Source: Octopus bimaculoides
Taxonomy: Eukaryota
Assembly: GCF_001194135.2 (NCBI RefSeq)
Contig: NC_068985.1
Coordinates: 1,465,230 to 1,514,832, forward strand
Length of the DNA stretch: 49,603 nt
Direction: 5' to 3'
Under the pieces are notes generated by a model. The model was not told where the DNA came from and did not search any database. It saw nothing but the letters and a program-made list of their open reading frames with translations. This document shows positions 36,417 through 48,400 of this stretch, piece by piece (the first letter of the stretch is position 1; the number at the start of each line of letters is the position of its first letter). Position numbers and translations under genes: made by a program.

Positions 36417-36636
36417 TACGAAGTCGGTGCTGAAAAATTCCTGGTTTTGAGTAAAAGAAAACACTGGAGGATCAGTTAATTATGATTTGATTGAAGATAT
36501 TCCCCTCACAGGTTCACAAACTTATTGCAGTGGTCCTTCAGTTTTTCTAAGCCCTGTAAAAGAACTCAAATGGTTGGGCTTCCAACCAGGCCTTTCACAA
36601 TACCCTTAAAGCCAGAAACTTTTTAGTACCTAACTC
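36417..36636 (-). mobile_element. Mariner (Tc1/mariner) internal-deletion derivative
   Basis: Imperfect TIRs (TACGAAGTCGGTGCTGAAAAATTCCTGGTTTT / AAAGCCAGAAACTTTTTAGTACCTAACTC, 21 of 29 matching). Minus-strand LQGLEKLKDHCNKFVNL*GEYL resembles the mariner C-terminus GIxKLxxRWxKCVxxxGxY. Confidence 0.75.
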
Positions 36637-36739
36637 AAAGAAACCGCAAAAGCATTCTGTCACATAGATTTATACATTGTGTGACACCCAATATGAAGAG
36701 ACTGTGCTCTTTTGTGCATACGAAATTCCACAGGCCACA

Positions 36740-36780
36740 CAACACACACACACGTGCGCACACACACACACACACACACA

Positions 36781-36837
<57 letters not shown>

Positions 36838-36850
36838 ACACACGCACATA
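36740..36850. repeat. (CA)n microsatellite
   Basis: Direct reading. Confidence 0.95.
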
Positions 36851-37322
36851 CAACATTGAATGCTTTTATTATTTCTTGACGTATTTTGCTAATTTTTCCC
36901 TTGAACACTTACATGTCCATTCTTGTAAATACGATCAAAACCATGTTCAGAAATTATATAATGGAATTGTTATTAGATTTATTAAACGTTTTAGTTTTGA
37001 ATATTTTATTTTGTTTTGATCTGTGATTATCTCTTTAATCTTCTTAACAAAAATAAAAGACTGTTGATATATTTCTTCATTATTCGCATTTAATTCAAGA
37101 AACTATCTTATAATTCTCAGTCTTTTTATTGATTGTAACTTTTCAATTGTGTTTAGAAGTAACTTTGACTAAATATGATCTATTATATAAAAACTCACAT
37201 TATTTTTTATATCAGAATTTTGTTCATTCTCATAGTTTTCTGGCTAAACCTTGCCCTGGTTTATGCCAAACGTTGCTGCCTGCACTGCACCCAAGCAAAA
37301 TTCATGAAGATTCCTAGGAACA

Positions 37323-37518
37323 TTGGTTTCAAATTTTGGCACAAAGCCAGCAATTTCAGGGGAGACGGTAAATCAATTCTGCTCAACTTGTTCTTATTTC
37401 ATCGACTCTAAAATGACCAAATGTAAAGTCGACTTCGGTGGGATTTTTAATTCGGAATGCAAAAACATGAAATTCCTCTGAGCATTTTGTCCAGGATACT
37501 TATGATTCTGCCTGCTCA
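37323..37518 (-). mobile_element. SINE family C copy
   Basis: GGTTTCAAATTTTGGCACAAAGCCAGCAATTTC...AAAGTCGACTTCGGTGGGA. Confidence 0.75.
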
Positions 37519-37534
37519 CTTGCTATTTTACCAA

Positions 37535-37570
37535 TAATAACAACAACAATAATAATAATAATGATGATGA

Positions 37571-37632
<62 letters not shown>

Positions 37633-37656
37633 ATAATAATAATAATAATAATAATA
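37535..37656. repeat. Compound (AAT)n/(ACT)n/(TAA)n microsatellite
   Basis: Direct reading; abuts the first RLE element. Confidence 0.95.
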
Positions 37657-38122
37657 AACAGACACGACAGAGCTGGGACCTATATACACTGGAAGCTATG
37701 CCAACACTATGGAATAACAACAGAAAAAAGATGGTATAAACACATGCCAGAAAAGGTCACAGAAAACGAGAAAGCAACCATACTCTGGGATATGCCAATA
37801 CACACAGATAGAGAAATTAAGGCAAATAGACCAGATATAGTTGTCAAAGATCATGAAGAAAAAAAATGCTTTCTAATTGATGTATCAATACCNNNNNNNN
37901 NNGACAAATACATAACAAAAACACCAGGACTTACAAATATATATAACATACAGAAAATTGCACTACTGGGTACTGCACACATTCTATGCAAAACACTTTC
38001 AATACAGTAAACATAAGAGCACCACAGCAAACCACAGCACATACCCAAGGCGCACAGAGCTGCGCTCGGTAGTGAAGTGAAAGTACGTTATAAAAATAAA
38101 ACTACTGAACAATAATAATAAT
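37657..38122 (+). mobile_element. R4/Dong-type retrotransposon 3' fragment 1 (RLE domain)
   Basis: RHDRAGTYIHWKLCQHY...ENEKATILWDMPIHTDREIKANRPDIVVKDHEEKKCFLIDVSIP...QKIALLGTAHIL*, ending in (AAT)n. Confidence 0.9.
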
Positions 38123-38124
38123 AT

Positions 38125-38543
38125 AATAAGCCAGACATAGTTTTAATTGAGAAAGAAAGCAAACTATGCTGGATCATAGATATAGCATACCCAGCTGACA
38201 ACAAGGTATGCGATAAGGAAGAAAGAAAAGTTGAGAGATATTATAGGTTAGCTTGGGAAGGAAAGCAGTTGTGGTCGATGAAAAAGGTAGCAGTAGTACC
38301 AATAATTGTCGGAGTCCTGAGAACAGTGAGCAAAAATCTCGAGAAGTATGTGGAACAAATAGGGGCTGCAATAAGGGTGGAGCACTTGCAGAACACAGCA
38401 CTGCTTGGAACCACTCAAATACTCCGGAAGGTGCTTAAAGAATAAGGGGTATTACCTTAGTTCACTGGTAGTGAACAGCTGACACTGTAGTACATCTCCA
38501 GTGTTACAAGCTGTGCAAAGGCAATAATAATAATAACAATAAT
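38125..38543 (+). mobile_element. R4/Dong-type retrotransposon 3' fragment 2 (RLE C-terminus, uninterrupted frame 38125-38445)
   Basis: NKPDIVLIEKESKLCWIIDIAYPAD...KVERY...LWSMKKVAVVPIIVGVLRTVSKNL...LQNTALLGTTQILRKVLKE*, with a (AAT)n tail. Confidence 0.9.
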
Positions 38544-38544
38544 A

Positions 38545-40118
38545 AAATTCGTATTGGCCATGACACCACTCACTATGATACAAGAAATAGTTAAAATTGC
38601 TTACGATCTGGGAAATGGTCAGAGAAATCATCTCTTTTTCATGGATAATTGAAAGGTTTATGCGCAAACAGAGAAACAGCTTGAAATTCTTGTACATACT
38701 CTCGGCGTTTTCTCAAATGAAGTAAGCATGAAATTTGGGATAGAAAAGGGCACTACATTGAAAATGAAATGAGGAAGATTTGAAAGAAACCAGGGAAGTG
38801 AAATGCTAAATAGGCTAAGAATGAATGTGGTTGAGAAAGGTATAAATACCTGGGAATGCTGGAAGTAGACGAGATAAAAAAATGAAGAAATGACACAAAT
38901 TACCAGTAGGGAGTGCATGGAGAGAGCCAGAAAACTGAATTCCAAAAATCTTATTGAAGCAATAAATTCAAGAGCAGTACCCTTAATCAGATATGGAGTT
39001 GGAATTATAGACTGGACCAAAAACAATATAAAGAAAGTTGACAGTAAAACTAGAAAGTTATTGACAATGTATGGAACCCACCATCCAAAACCTGATATCA
39101 ACTGGCTGTATTTGAGGAGAGACCAAAGTGGAAGAGGTTTAATAACAGTAGATGAATGTGTACAGAGGGAAAAAAATGCCTAGCTGAGATTTTACAGAAT
39201 AGCACAGAAAAAACTACTAAAGACATAATAGGAGGAAAGGACAAGAATGAAATACAAAGAGAGCATATCAGAAAGATTGAAAAGAAACCTCTGCATGGCC
39301 AATTTTGGAGAGCCACAGAAGACATATGGGGAACAAGAAATCCTGGGCTTGGTTAAAAAAGGGGCAATTAAAAAACAGAAACAGAGAGCCTGATTGTAGC
39401 AGTCCAAGATCAAATGATCAAAACCAACTACTTGAGATAAAATATATTCATGAAGAGAATGTGTCAAAAAAGTATTGAGTCTGTGGAACTTAGAATGAGA
39501 GAGTGGCACACATTGTGATAGAATGCCCAAGTTGGCACTGGAAGAATATAAGAAATGAAGGCATGACCAAGTTGTAAAAGTTTTACACTGGAATCTGTGC
39601 CAGAAATGGAGATTTAAAGTTGGAAACACATGATACAATCATTGAGTGAAAAGAGTACTGGAATCAGGGAAATGTAAGATTGTGTGGGACTTTTCTATTC
39701 AAACGGACAAGAAGTTAGAAAATAATAGACTGGACATAACAGTTATAGATAAGGAAAAGTGAAGTTGCTTACTTATTGACCAATCATGCCCATCTGATTC
39801 CAGGATCGTAACGAAAGAGGAAGAAAAAATACAACCCCTTAAAGTTTGAAATAGGAAGAATTTGGAGCATGCAAATAATACTGGTCATACTTATAGTAAT
39901 TGGTGAATTGGAAACAGTAAGCCAAGATATAGACAAAATAGCTGAAGGAGATTGGAATAGAATGCCTGATAGAGCTTCTGCAGAAAGTTTGTCTCTTAAG
40001 GGACAGCAAGGATTATCAGGAATGTTCTAAGCATGGCTACCTAAGGTTACAGGTAGTAACCTGCTACCCAGATAAACCCTGCCAGGAATAAGACTGAACC
40101 TGAGTCTAACCAAAACAA
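38545..40118 (+). mobile_element. R4/Dong-type retrotransposon fragment 3 (RT C-terminal region to RLE), multiply frameshifted
   Basis: LNSKNLIEAINSRAVPLIRYGVGIIDWT...KTRKLLTMYGTHHPKPDINWLYLRRDQSGRGL; KPLHGQFWR; TESLIVAVQDQ; LQKVCLL / GTARIIRNVL. Confidence 0.9.
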
Positions 40119-40119
40119 T

Positions 40120-40320
40120 AGTTTCAAATTTTGGCACAAGGCCAGCAATTTCGGAGGAGGGGGTAAATTGATTTTGTCAACTCCAGTGCTCAACTGGTAC
40201 CTATTCTACTGACCCTGAAAGGATAAAGTACAAAGTCAACTTGAGTGGAATTTGAACTCAGAATAGACAAAATACCACTCAGCATTTTTGCCTGACATGC
40301 TAACGAATCTGCCAGCTGGC
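40120..40320 (-). mobile_element. SINE family C copy
   Basis: GTTTCAAATTTTGGCACAAGGCCAGCAATTTCGG...GGAATTTGAACTCAGAA...CTGCCAGCT. Confidence 0.85.
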
Positions 40321-41339
40321 TACTTTAAGATTCTTAGAAATATTAAAAATCATAAACATTAACTGATGATAAGCTTTATGTTGTAAGAAGTATTAGAGGA
40401 GAGTAATGGAGAGTAACGGAGAGTATTAGTGGAGAGGAATTTAACTGAATCTTTAGCTTTTACTATTTCTTTTCATTCACACTTTGCATGTTTATCGTGA
40501 AAATAAAAGAACAACACCAACATCAACAACATCAACATTTACCAATATTTACAGCAACAACATTAACAGACAAATAGAAAAGGAAAAATAATTATTTCCT
40601 AATAATAATAATTTCAATTAAGGATGTCAAATATTGTTGTTGTTGTTTTTAAGCGGAAAGAAAATAACACTTCCTTCGCAGAAAAAAAAAGCAAATTACA
40701 AGAAAAAATGTAAACAAAAGCAAAATAAAAAAAGAAGAAGGAAAAACAGCAAGTAATTTTAAATAAACGCAAATGAATAAATATTCACTTTGACCCAAAC
40801 AAGATTTGAAGAAATTCGGTAATGCTATCAGAACATTACTGCTTTCAGAAAATATTGTCAGGGCAATGATGAAATCATTACATTTCAAACGAAATTCTCA
40901 TTAATCGGAGTAGCGGGTAATTTTGATTTCATGTTATTGAGTTAAGTGGATGAGTCATGAAAGCGAAGTCATTCGGACATGTAACCATAGCAAGCTGGTA
41001 CAAGTCTGTGCTATAGATTAAATAATTGAAACAGTGGAATCAGTTTTATTGCGTGAGGAAGAAGGGAAGGCTAACATTTCCAGAAGAAACCTCCTGGAGT
41101 GAAAAGAAAGTGTCAACTGGGAGTAGCAAAGAGGAGGAGGAGGAGTGAGAAGGTGGGAGGGGGAGGGGGATGGGAAATGTAAGAAGTGTCAGAGAAAGAA
41201 GTTACAATGCTCAGAGAGGTAGAGAGAGAGAGAGAGAGAGAGAGGAGAAAGAAAACAACAGCAGATGTGAAAGTGGCTGAAGAGAGAGAGAGAGAGAGAG
41301 AGGGAAGAGGAAAATGGAGGAGAAACATTATTCAGACAT

Positions 41340-41574
41340 ACAACCACATATAAATGCACATATGCACACACACACATTTACATACACACACACATACGTG
41401 TACACATATGCGCATTATGCACACCTACACTTGTATGTGTGTATGCGTGTGGATATAAATACATACATATATATATGTATATGTATGTATATATACACAC
41501 ACACTCATATACATATATATATGTATATATATATATACATATATATATATATGTATATATAGATATATATGTGA

Positions 41575-41635
<61 letters not shown>

Positions 41636-41730
41636 TATACATACGTACATATATATATATATGTATATATATGTATATATATGCATACATATACATATAT
41701 GTGTGTGTGTGTGTGTGTGTGTGTACATAT
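41340..41730. repeat. Compound (CA)/(AT)/(TG) microsatellite
   Basis: Direct reading. Confidence 0.95.
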
Positions 41731-41877
41731 GCTGCACTCGCACATAAATATAGAGTTAGCTAGAAGTAAGATAATTGGAATTGTTACTAATAATGATAAC
41801 GAACCTGCTAAGATACATCTTAGATTTTTTGCTTTCCTGAATCACCAAAAGGATTAAGTAAATACTCCTAAACAGGT

Positions 41878-41920
41878 AAACCCTAACCCTCTCCCTAACC
41901 CTAACCCTAACCCTCTCCCT
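41878..41920. repeat. Short interstitial (CCCTAA)n telomere-like tract
   Basis: AAACCCTAACCCTCTCCCTAACCCTAACCCTAACCCTCTCCCT. Confidence 0.7.
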
Positions 41921-42016
41921 CCACTTTTAGAATTGTTCTCTACCGTTCTTAGTGACTGTGTGAACCATTAGGGTGTGATAAAAGAAATATTATTATCATT
42001 GTTGTTGTTGTTATTG

Positions 42017-42185
42017 TAGCATACCAGACAAAGTGCTTGATAGCATCCATTCATCTTTTACATTCTAGGTTCAAATTCTGTCCAGGCTGACTTTGTTTTT
42101 CATCCTTTTGGGGTTGATAAAATAAGTAATCGACTTAGCCCCTCCACACAAATTTCAGGCGTTGTGCTTATAGTAGAAAGGATTA
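42017..42185 (+). mobile_element. Degenerate SINE family C copy
   Basis: GGTTCAAATTCTG...CTTTGTTTTTCATCCTTTTGGGGTTGATAAAATAAGTA. Confidence 0.75.
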
Positions 42186-42554
42186 TTATTATTATCATCA
42201 TCATCAACATATTTATTATTATTATCATTATCATTATTATTATTAGCTTCGGTACAAAAGATGCTGTAAGTTTTTGACAAAATCTTCCATTTTCCACCTT
42301 TTGGGATGCCTGTTTGCTTAATTATCATTGATTAATTTGAGGTTGAGCTCACCAACTGATTCTGAATAGATTTGTTTTTACATAGCGAGACCCCAATTGC
42401 AATGTCTGACATTTAAAAATTTTTCCAAAGTTAGGAAATCCTAACTTTACGTTAAAGAAGATGGAGTTGAATGATTCCATAATAATGTTACAAGAGAGAA
42501 AAAGAAACAGGAGAGAAAGGGAGTGAAAAATGAGACAACAGAGAAAATGAAACG

Positions 42555-43050
42555 ACAAAATAATTACTGATGAAAATTCTCAAATGCCCAGGGAAAATAC
42601 GAAAAGCAAAAAAAGATAAAAATTATAGAAAAAGAAAACTCAACATAAAATAACAAAAACAGAAGAGGAACAATTTTTTCTAAACAAAAAGGAAATCCCT
42701 TCTCAGGAAAATAACAAAAAAAAAATTAAAAACCTGAAGAGGTTGAAGATAAATGAAGATTCATTGTTTTTCAAACAAACAGAAAATAGGCAAAATTATG
42801 CATCTCTGGTGCCACAAAATTTCTGAAGAAGTATCAATGACACAAAAAGATTTAGGTTCGGAATATAAACAACATGATAAAGATAGACTGTTTGTAAAAT
42901 TAAAATCAGGTCATTTTACTGAATTTAAAAGAAAATACTATCAAGCTGACAGTGTTTTACAACATCAGATGCCTTCAAAATGGTCACTTAAACACAATTT
43001 GAGAAATGGCTAAGCGAATAGATATGTTGTGTACCTAACTCAACCCAACC
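42555..43050 (+). pseudogene. Decayed coding-like sequence, copy 2 (homologous to 6885-7330)
   Basis: Includes ORF 42753-43013; QHKITKTEEEQFFLNKKEI aligns with KHKSTKTDKEKQFLLSSNEI in copy 1. Confidence 0.45.
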
Positions 43051-43404
43051 AGAAAAATCTCCATGTTTTTTATTTCTTTTAATTGTTTCTTGTTTTATTT
43101 TGTTTTATTGCACTTTTAAACAAATTATTTCTGTGCAGATGTGTGCATATATGTTTGCCTATGTGCATTGATCTGCAGGTGTGCATGTTTATTCCTATAA
43201 TTATATATATGTACACACGTATGTATATGTATGCATACATGGGTGTATGATGAATGTGTACATATGTGTGGAGGCACGTGTGCATGTGTGTGTAATTGCT
43301 TCCACACTCTCTGATATTCTTTCTTTGTAATCCCCAGGAAATATTTCAAATTTTTGTCTCTTTTTGAGACCCTGGGGCTAATAAGAACAAGACTTTTATC
43401 CATC

Positions 43405-43610
43405 TTCATCATCGTTTAACGTCCACTTTCCAAGCTGGCATGGGTTGGACGATTTGACTGAGGACTGGCAAGCCAAGAGGCTCCAATCTTATTTGACAAG
43501 GTTTCTACAGCTGGATGCCCTTCCTAATGCCAACCACTCCGAGAGTGTAGTGGGTGCTTTTTTACGTGCCACTGGCACAGGGGCCAGTCAGGCTGCACTG
43601 GCATCGAGAA
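43405..43610 (-). mobile_element. Repeat family B copy
   Basis: CATCGTTTAACGTCCACTTTCC...GTTTCTACAGCTGGATGCCCTTCCTAATGCCAACCACTCCGAGAGTGTAGTGGGTGC. Confidence 0.9.
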
Positions 43611-43999
43611 TGCAGACTGGAAGAGAAAGAAAGATGGCTACGACCATATCATTGTAGCCGAACTGGGTAATATGTTGAAGGAAATACATTTAGTTTTTAA
43701 GCTGGGTATTGCTTGATGTTTAAATCCAAACTGATTTGGCTTCAGAGATTAGGTGGTGAGAAGAGAATCCAAACAAAGGGGCTGCAAAGCAAAACTTGGG
43801 GATCCTATGAGAGTTGATCAAAGAATTTCACCTGCATCTGTAAGCTGTCCTAGTGCTCTTAGAGAAACCTAAGGCAGCTGTTCTTAATAGGGTGAAGAAA
43901 ACCTTGGATGGGATGTGAGAGGATTTATAGAGGTGTTTGACTGAAGTGTGCTGCAAAGGGAACCTGGAGTGACTTGGAAGAGCATAAATCAAATGATGA

Positions 44000-44342
44000 T
44001 AATGATGATGACAGCAGTTAAAGGGCAAAGACACCCTTTGGTCATGAGTGACCATGAGATTGCACCTAGAAAGTTCCCCCCCCCCGCTAAGGCACAAGTC
44101 CTGAGAAGGTTGTTTATGGAAGACCAGCAGTCACCCATGCATACCGGCCTCCCCTCTCCATGCCACCAGTGTTATCCAAGGGAAAGGCAAACGTCACAAC
44201 TCATTTCTACAGCTGAATGAACTAAAGCAACGTGAAATAAAGTGTCTTGCTCAAGAACACAACACAACCTGGTATGGGAATTGAACTCACTACCTCATGA
44301 TAGTGAGCCTGATGCTCTAACCATTGAGCCATTCACCTTCAC
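44000..44342 (-). mobile_element. SINE family D copy with a distinct 3' tail
   Basis: GCAACGTGAAATAAAGTGTCTTGCTCAAGAACACAAC plus a tRNA-like head; tail GATTGCACCTAGAAAG...GGAAGACCAGCAG...TTATCCAAGGGAAAGGCAAA on the plus strand. Confidence 0.8.
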
Positions 44343-44989
44343 TGACAGCAATTACCATATGTATATAAGAATGATATGAACAACAGTAGGAATCTATTAA
44401 CACTTCTGCACACACACTTGCACAAAGTATTGAGTTCTTTTGATTTGATGCCAATAAAAATAAGATTGAAACAGATGAATGGTACATAAGAATTATTATA
44501 TGTTTGAAAGAATTTAAGTGGAAATGGTGTCATGACACATATCAGAACAATGGTGGTGGAATATTTGAAAACATTCTTATACAGGAATAATATGTTTCTT
44601 AATTGTTTGTTTATAGAATTGATTTGCTGTTCTTAAATTAAAACTATAATCTTTATTTCTTTTTATAATATAAACTACTTTGTTTTAATCTCCATCAATT
44701 TACTGTTCTCTGCCTTGATTATTTTACAATTTAATTTCAGATAAATTCATCACAATAAGGCAGACATAAAAGGTAAGTGGATGCAATAAGGTATTCAAAG
44801 AATGAAGATATTTGATGATGGAGATACTTCATAATTAATTTGATACATTCGTTTCAAACATTTATAACAGTTTTCAAGGTTTGCTGTTATTTTATCATAG
44901 AATTCAGATTTTTCTTCTTATTCTGAACACCACCGTTGGTTAAAAATTCCAGTTCAGTAAAGATGTTATTACTACTTTATATATATATA

Positions 44990-45048
<59 letters not shown>

Positions 45049-45606
45049 NNNNNNNNNNNNNNNNNNNNNNNNNNNNNNNNNNNNNNNNNNNNNNNNNNNN
45101 NNNNNNNNNNNNNNNNNNNNNNNNNNNNNNNNNNNNNNNNNNNNNNNNNNNNNNNNNNNNNNNNNNNNNNNNNNNNNNNNNNNNNNNNNNNNNNNNNNNN
45201 NNNNNNNNNNNNNNNNNNNNNNNNNNNNNNNNNNNNNNNNNNNNNNNNNNNNNNNNNNNNNNNNNNNNNNNNNNNNNNNNNNNNNNNNNNNNNNNNNNNN
45301 NNNNNNNNNNNNNNNNNNNNNNNNNNNNNNNNNNNNNNNNNNNNNNNNNNNNNNNNNNNNNNNNNNNNNNNNNNNNNNNNNNNNNNNNNNNNNNNNNNNN
45401 NNNNNNNNNNNNNNNNNNNNNNNNNNNNNNNNNNNNNNNNNNNNNNNNNNNNNNNNNNNNNNNNNNNNNNNNNNNNNNNNNNNNNNNNNNNNNNNNNNNN
45501 NNNNNNNNNNNNNNNNNNNNNNNNNNNNNNNNNNNNNNNNNNNNNNNNNNNNNNNNNNNNNNNNNNNNNNNNNNNNNNNNNNNNNNNNNNNNNTATATAT
45601 ATATAT

Positions 45607-45760
45607 GACAAGCTTCTTTCAGTTTCCATTTACCAAAATCCACTCACAAGTCTTTGGTCAACCCGAGCCTACATTTGCCCAAAGTGCTATGCAGTGGGAC
45701 TGAACCTGGAACCATGTGGTTGGGAAGCAGGCTTCTTATCACACACCCACTCCTGTGCCT
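45607..45760 (-). mobile_element. SINE family A head
   Basis: GCTTCTTTCAGTTTCC...AAATCCACTCACAAG...CAGTGGGACTGAACCTGGAACCATGTGGTT. Confidence 0.85.
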
Positions 45761-45939
45761 ATATATATGATATATATACAATACAAAACCACAATAAAAG
45801 TACAAAACTAAAAGCTGGGAGAAGAAATGGAAAAAGGGCAACAAAAAAAGAAAAGGAAGGAAAAGAGAAAGAAGAAAAAAGAAATACTATCAATTCTATG
45901 AAAACAATCACATAAGTTCAACAAGAAAAAGGACCAGCT

Positions 45940-46750
45940 GAATTCAATATGAAGTGCCTCAATTGGTCGCACGCCACAAGGTTCAATGGAACCTACTGAA
46001 GCCAACCAGCATAATGGCAAGGTTAAGGCATTGGAACAGCCAAACACGCACACGGGCATCACCTGATACCTCGGTGAGGTGAGCTGCCAATGATGACAAG
46101 AACTTCATTGCTAGCAGCCAAGCCTCTCCAAACATTTCAAATGCCACAGCCTGGAAGAAAGGATTTTGTTCTGTTCAGCTACAGAAGCAGTGACCCTCCC
46201 ATTTACCACAGTATCCAGGACGTGGGAGGGAGCAAAAGTGTCACAGACTGTGGCATCTCAGACGAGGACTGTTACTTCTTACCCAGAGAGACAAAGTGGA
46301 AGACCATCTGGTCTCTTCCCATCGCTTCTGGATAATCCCGCTTGCTCCAGAACTGAGGGGATATTAACTTGAGCCAGGACCTGCTTAATGATTAGGTTTA
46401 GTTTGTTATGACGAGCAAAACGACCAATATTTAGATGGCAAGACAAACTATGAAAGCCTATAGAGTTGAGGGACTTACCACAGTGACATCACGTCCCCCC
46501 CACACACACACACAGGCATTGGCTTCCACTCTGAGTATGATGGAGATGCGGAGTTCATCCAGACTGAGTAGATCACCAATATTGGCCACAGGCAGGGCAT
46601 CAATCCAGTTCCCCAAGAATTTTGTACTAGCAGAAAGTAAGCAACACCTAGAAAATTGATCAAGGAGAGAGTTGAAAGGAGCACCTGATTGCAGATTGTC
46701 CCATACTCTTTGCTTCTGTCTATCCTCAACTGTGTCAGGAACTGACAAAC
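45940..46750 (-). mobile_element. CRE-clade-like non-LTR retrotransposon 3' region (RLE), frameshifted
   Basis: LLSASTKFLGNWIDALPVANIGDLLSLDELRISIILRV; EQAGLSRSDGKRPDGL (46300-46347); DATVCDTFAPSH...ASVAEQNK. Confidence 0.8.
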
Positions 46751-48017
46751 CCAGCTCTCTCCATCCATCTCCCTCTTGGAACTAGTCCATGATGGAGAGG
46801 AGATGGAGTGGATGTTGCCGATTGAAGAGCAGTGAGCATGGATGGAGGAAAGAAAACAGGGAAAAGATAGAGAGGAGCACTTGCACAAACCTGTACATTC
46901 CCCCCCCTCACCCTCCCTCCCTCTCTCTCTCTCTCTTGATTACACACACTTACACACACATGCATACACACACACACACACACATGCATGCACACACACA
47001 TGCATGCACACACACATATACACATTCACACACANNNNNNNNNNNNNNNNNNNNNNNNNNNNNNNNNNNNNNNNNNNNNNNNNNNNNNNNNNNNNNNNNN
47101 NNNNNNNNNNNNNNNNNNNNNNNNNNNNNNNNNNNNNNNNNNNNNNNNNNNNNNNNNNNNNNNNNNNNNNNNNNNNNNNNNNNNNNNNNNNNNNNNNNNN
47201 NNNNNNNNNNNNNNNNNNNNNNNNNNNNNNNNNNNNNNNNNNNNNNNNNNNNNNNNNNNNNNNNNNNNNNNNNNNNNNNNNNNNNNNNNNNNNNNNNNNN
47301 NNNNNNNNNNNNNNNNNNNNNNNNNNNNNNNNNNNNNNNNNNNNNNNNNNNNNNNNNNNNNNNNNNNNNNNNNNNNNNNNNNNNNNNNNNNNNNNNNNNN
47401 NNNNNNNNNNNNNNNNNNNNNNNNNNNNNNNNNNNNNNNNNNNNNTAATTAAATTTCCATTGATGCTTATGTGTCCATCAGGCTAGTAATGCTTTGCTTA
47501 TTTTCCTTTCATTTTATTTATTCTTTGAATGTCTTTGGTGAATCTTTTCTTATCACAGTGAAATGCATTATTCTCCAAGAAGAAGCATTTCTACTTTTCC
47601 AAAGCCTCTTCCCCTCGTGCATGCTTTTGCTGATATGATTTATTTAAGCTTCACTTTTGCTTCAAGAACATTTTTTGATATATCAATAGTTTTTTGCTTT
47701 TTGAGGCCTTTTTCTTTTTCCTATTAAATCCATTTTTTCCATTTCAGTTTCCCTTGATAAGTCGTCCCTTTTCTTTTACACAATTTTCTGGAATATATTT
47801 ATCTTACCATTTTTTGAATGGAGTTTGGATGAACATCTGATTTTGTTAAGATCAAATCCAGGTTCCCTCAATCCTATCGCTTTTACACAACAGCCCAGTT
47901 CATTTAGTCTGATAATATTTGGGCTGTTTCCATGAACAGAATTTCATGTGGGGCCCTCACAAACATAAGAACAGCTGAAAAATGTCTCTTATAGTATTTC
48001 TTCAAGTTCAAAGGTGG

Positions 48018-48122
48018 GGGGAGCTGGCAGAAACGTTAGCACACTGGGCGAAATGCTTAGCAGTATTTCGTTTGTCTTTATGTTCTGAGTTCAAATTCTG
48101 CCAAGGTCGACTTTGCCTTTCA
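48018..48122 (+). mobile_element. SINE family C head (3'-truncated)
   Basis: GAGCTGGCAGAAACGTTAGCACACTGGGCGAAATGCTTAGC...GAGTTCAAATTCTGCCAAGGTCGACTTTGCCTTTCA. Confidence 0.9.
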
Positions 48123-48252
48123 GTTTCCATCTTCTAAATCCACTCACAAGGCTTTGGTTGGCCCGAGGCTATAGTGGAAGACACTTACCAAAGGTGTCAC
48201 ACAGTGGGACTGAATCTGGAACCATGTGGTTTGGAACCACACAGCCACGCCT
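48122..48252 (-). mobile_element. SINE family A head
   Basis: CAGTTTCCATC...AAATCCACTCACAAGGCTTTGGTTGGCCCGAGGCTATAG...GTGGGACTGAATCTGGAACCATGTGGT. Confidence 0.85.
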
Positions 48253-48400
48253 GTATCTACCTATACTCTTATCTCATTTTGCTTGTTTTTCCACTTCTTT
48301 CTCCCCATCCATTTTATAAATCCTCACATAAATTGCCCCCTGACCTTGTGATGTCCCCCTCATTTATATTCCTATGACTATTGAAAGAAATTATTATTAT

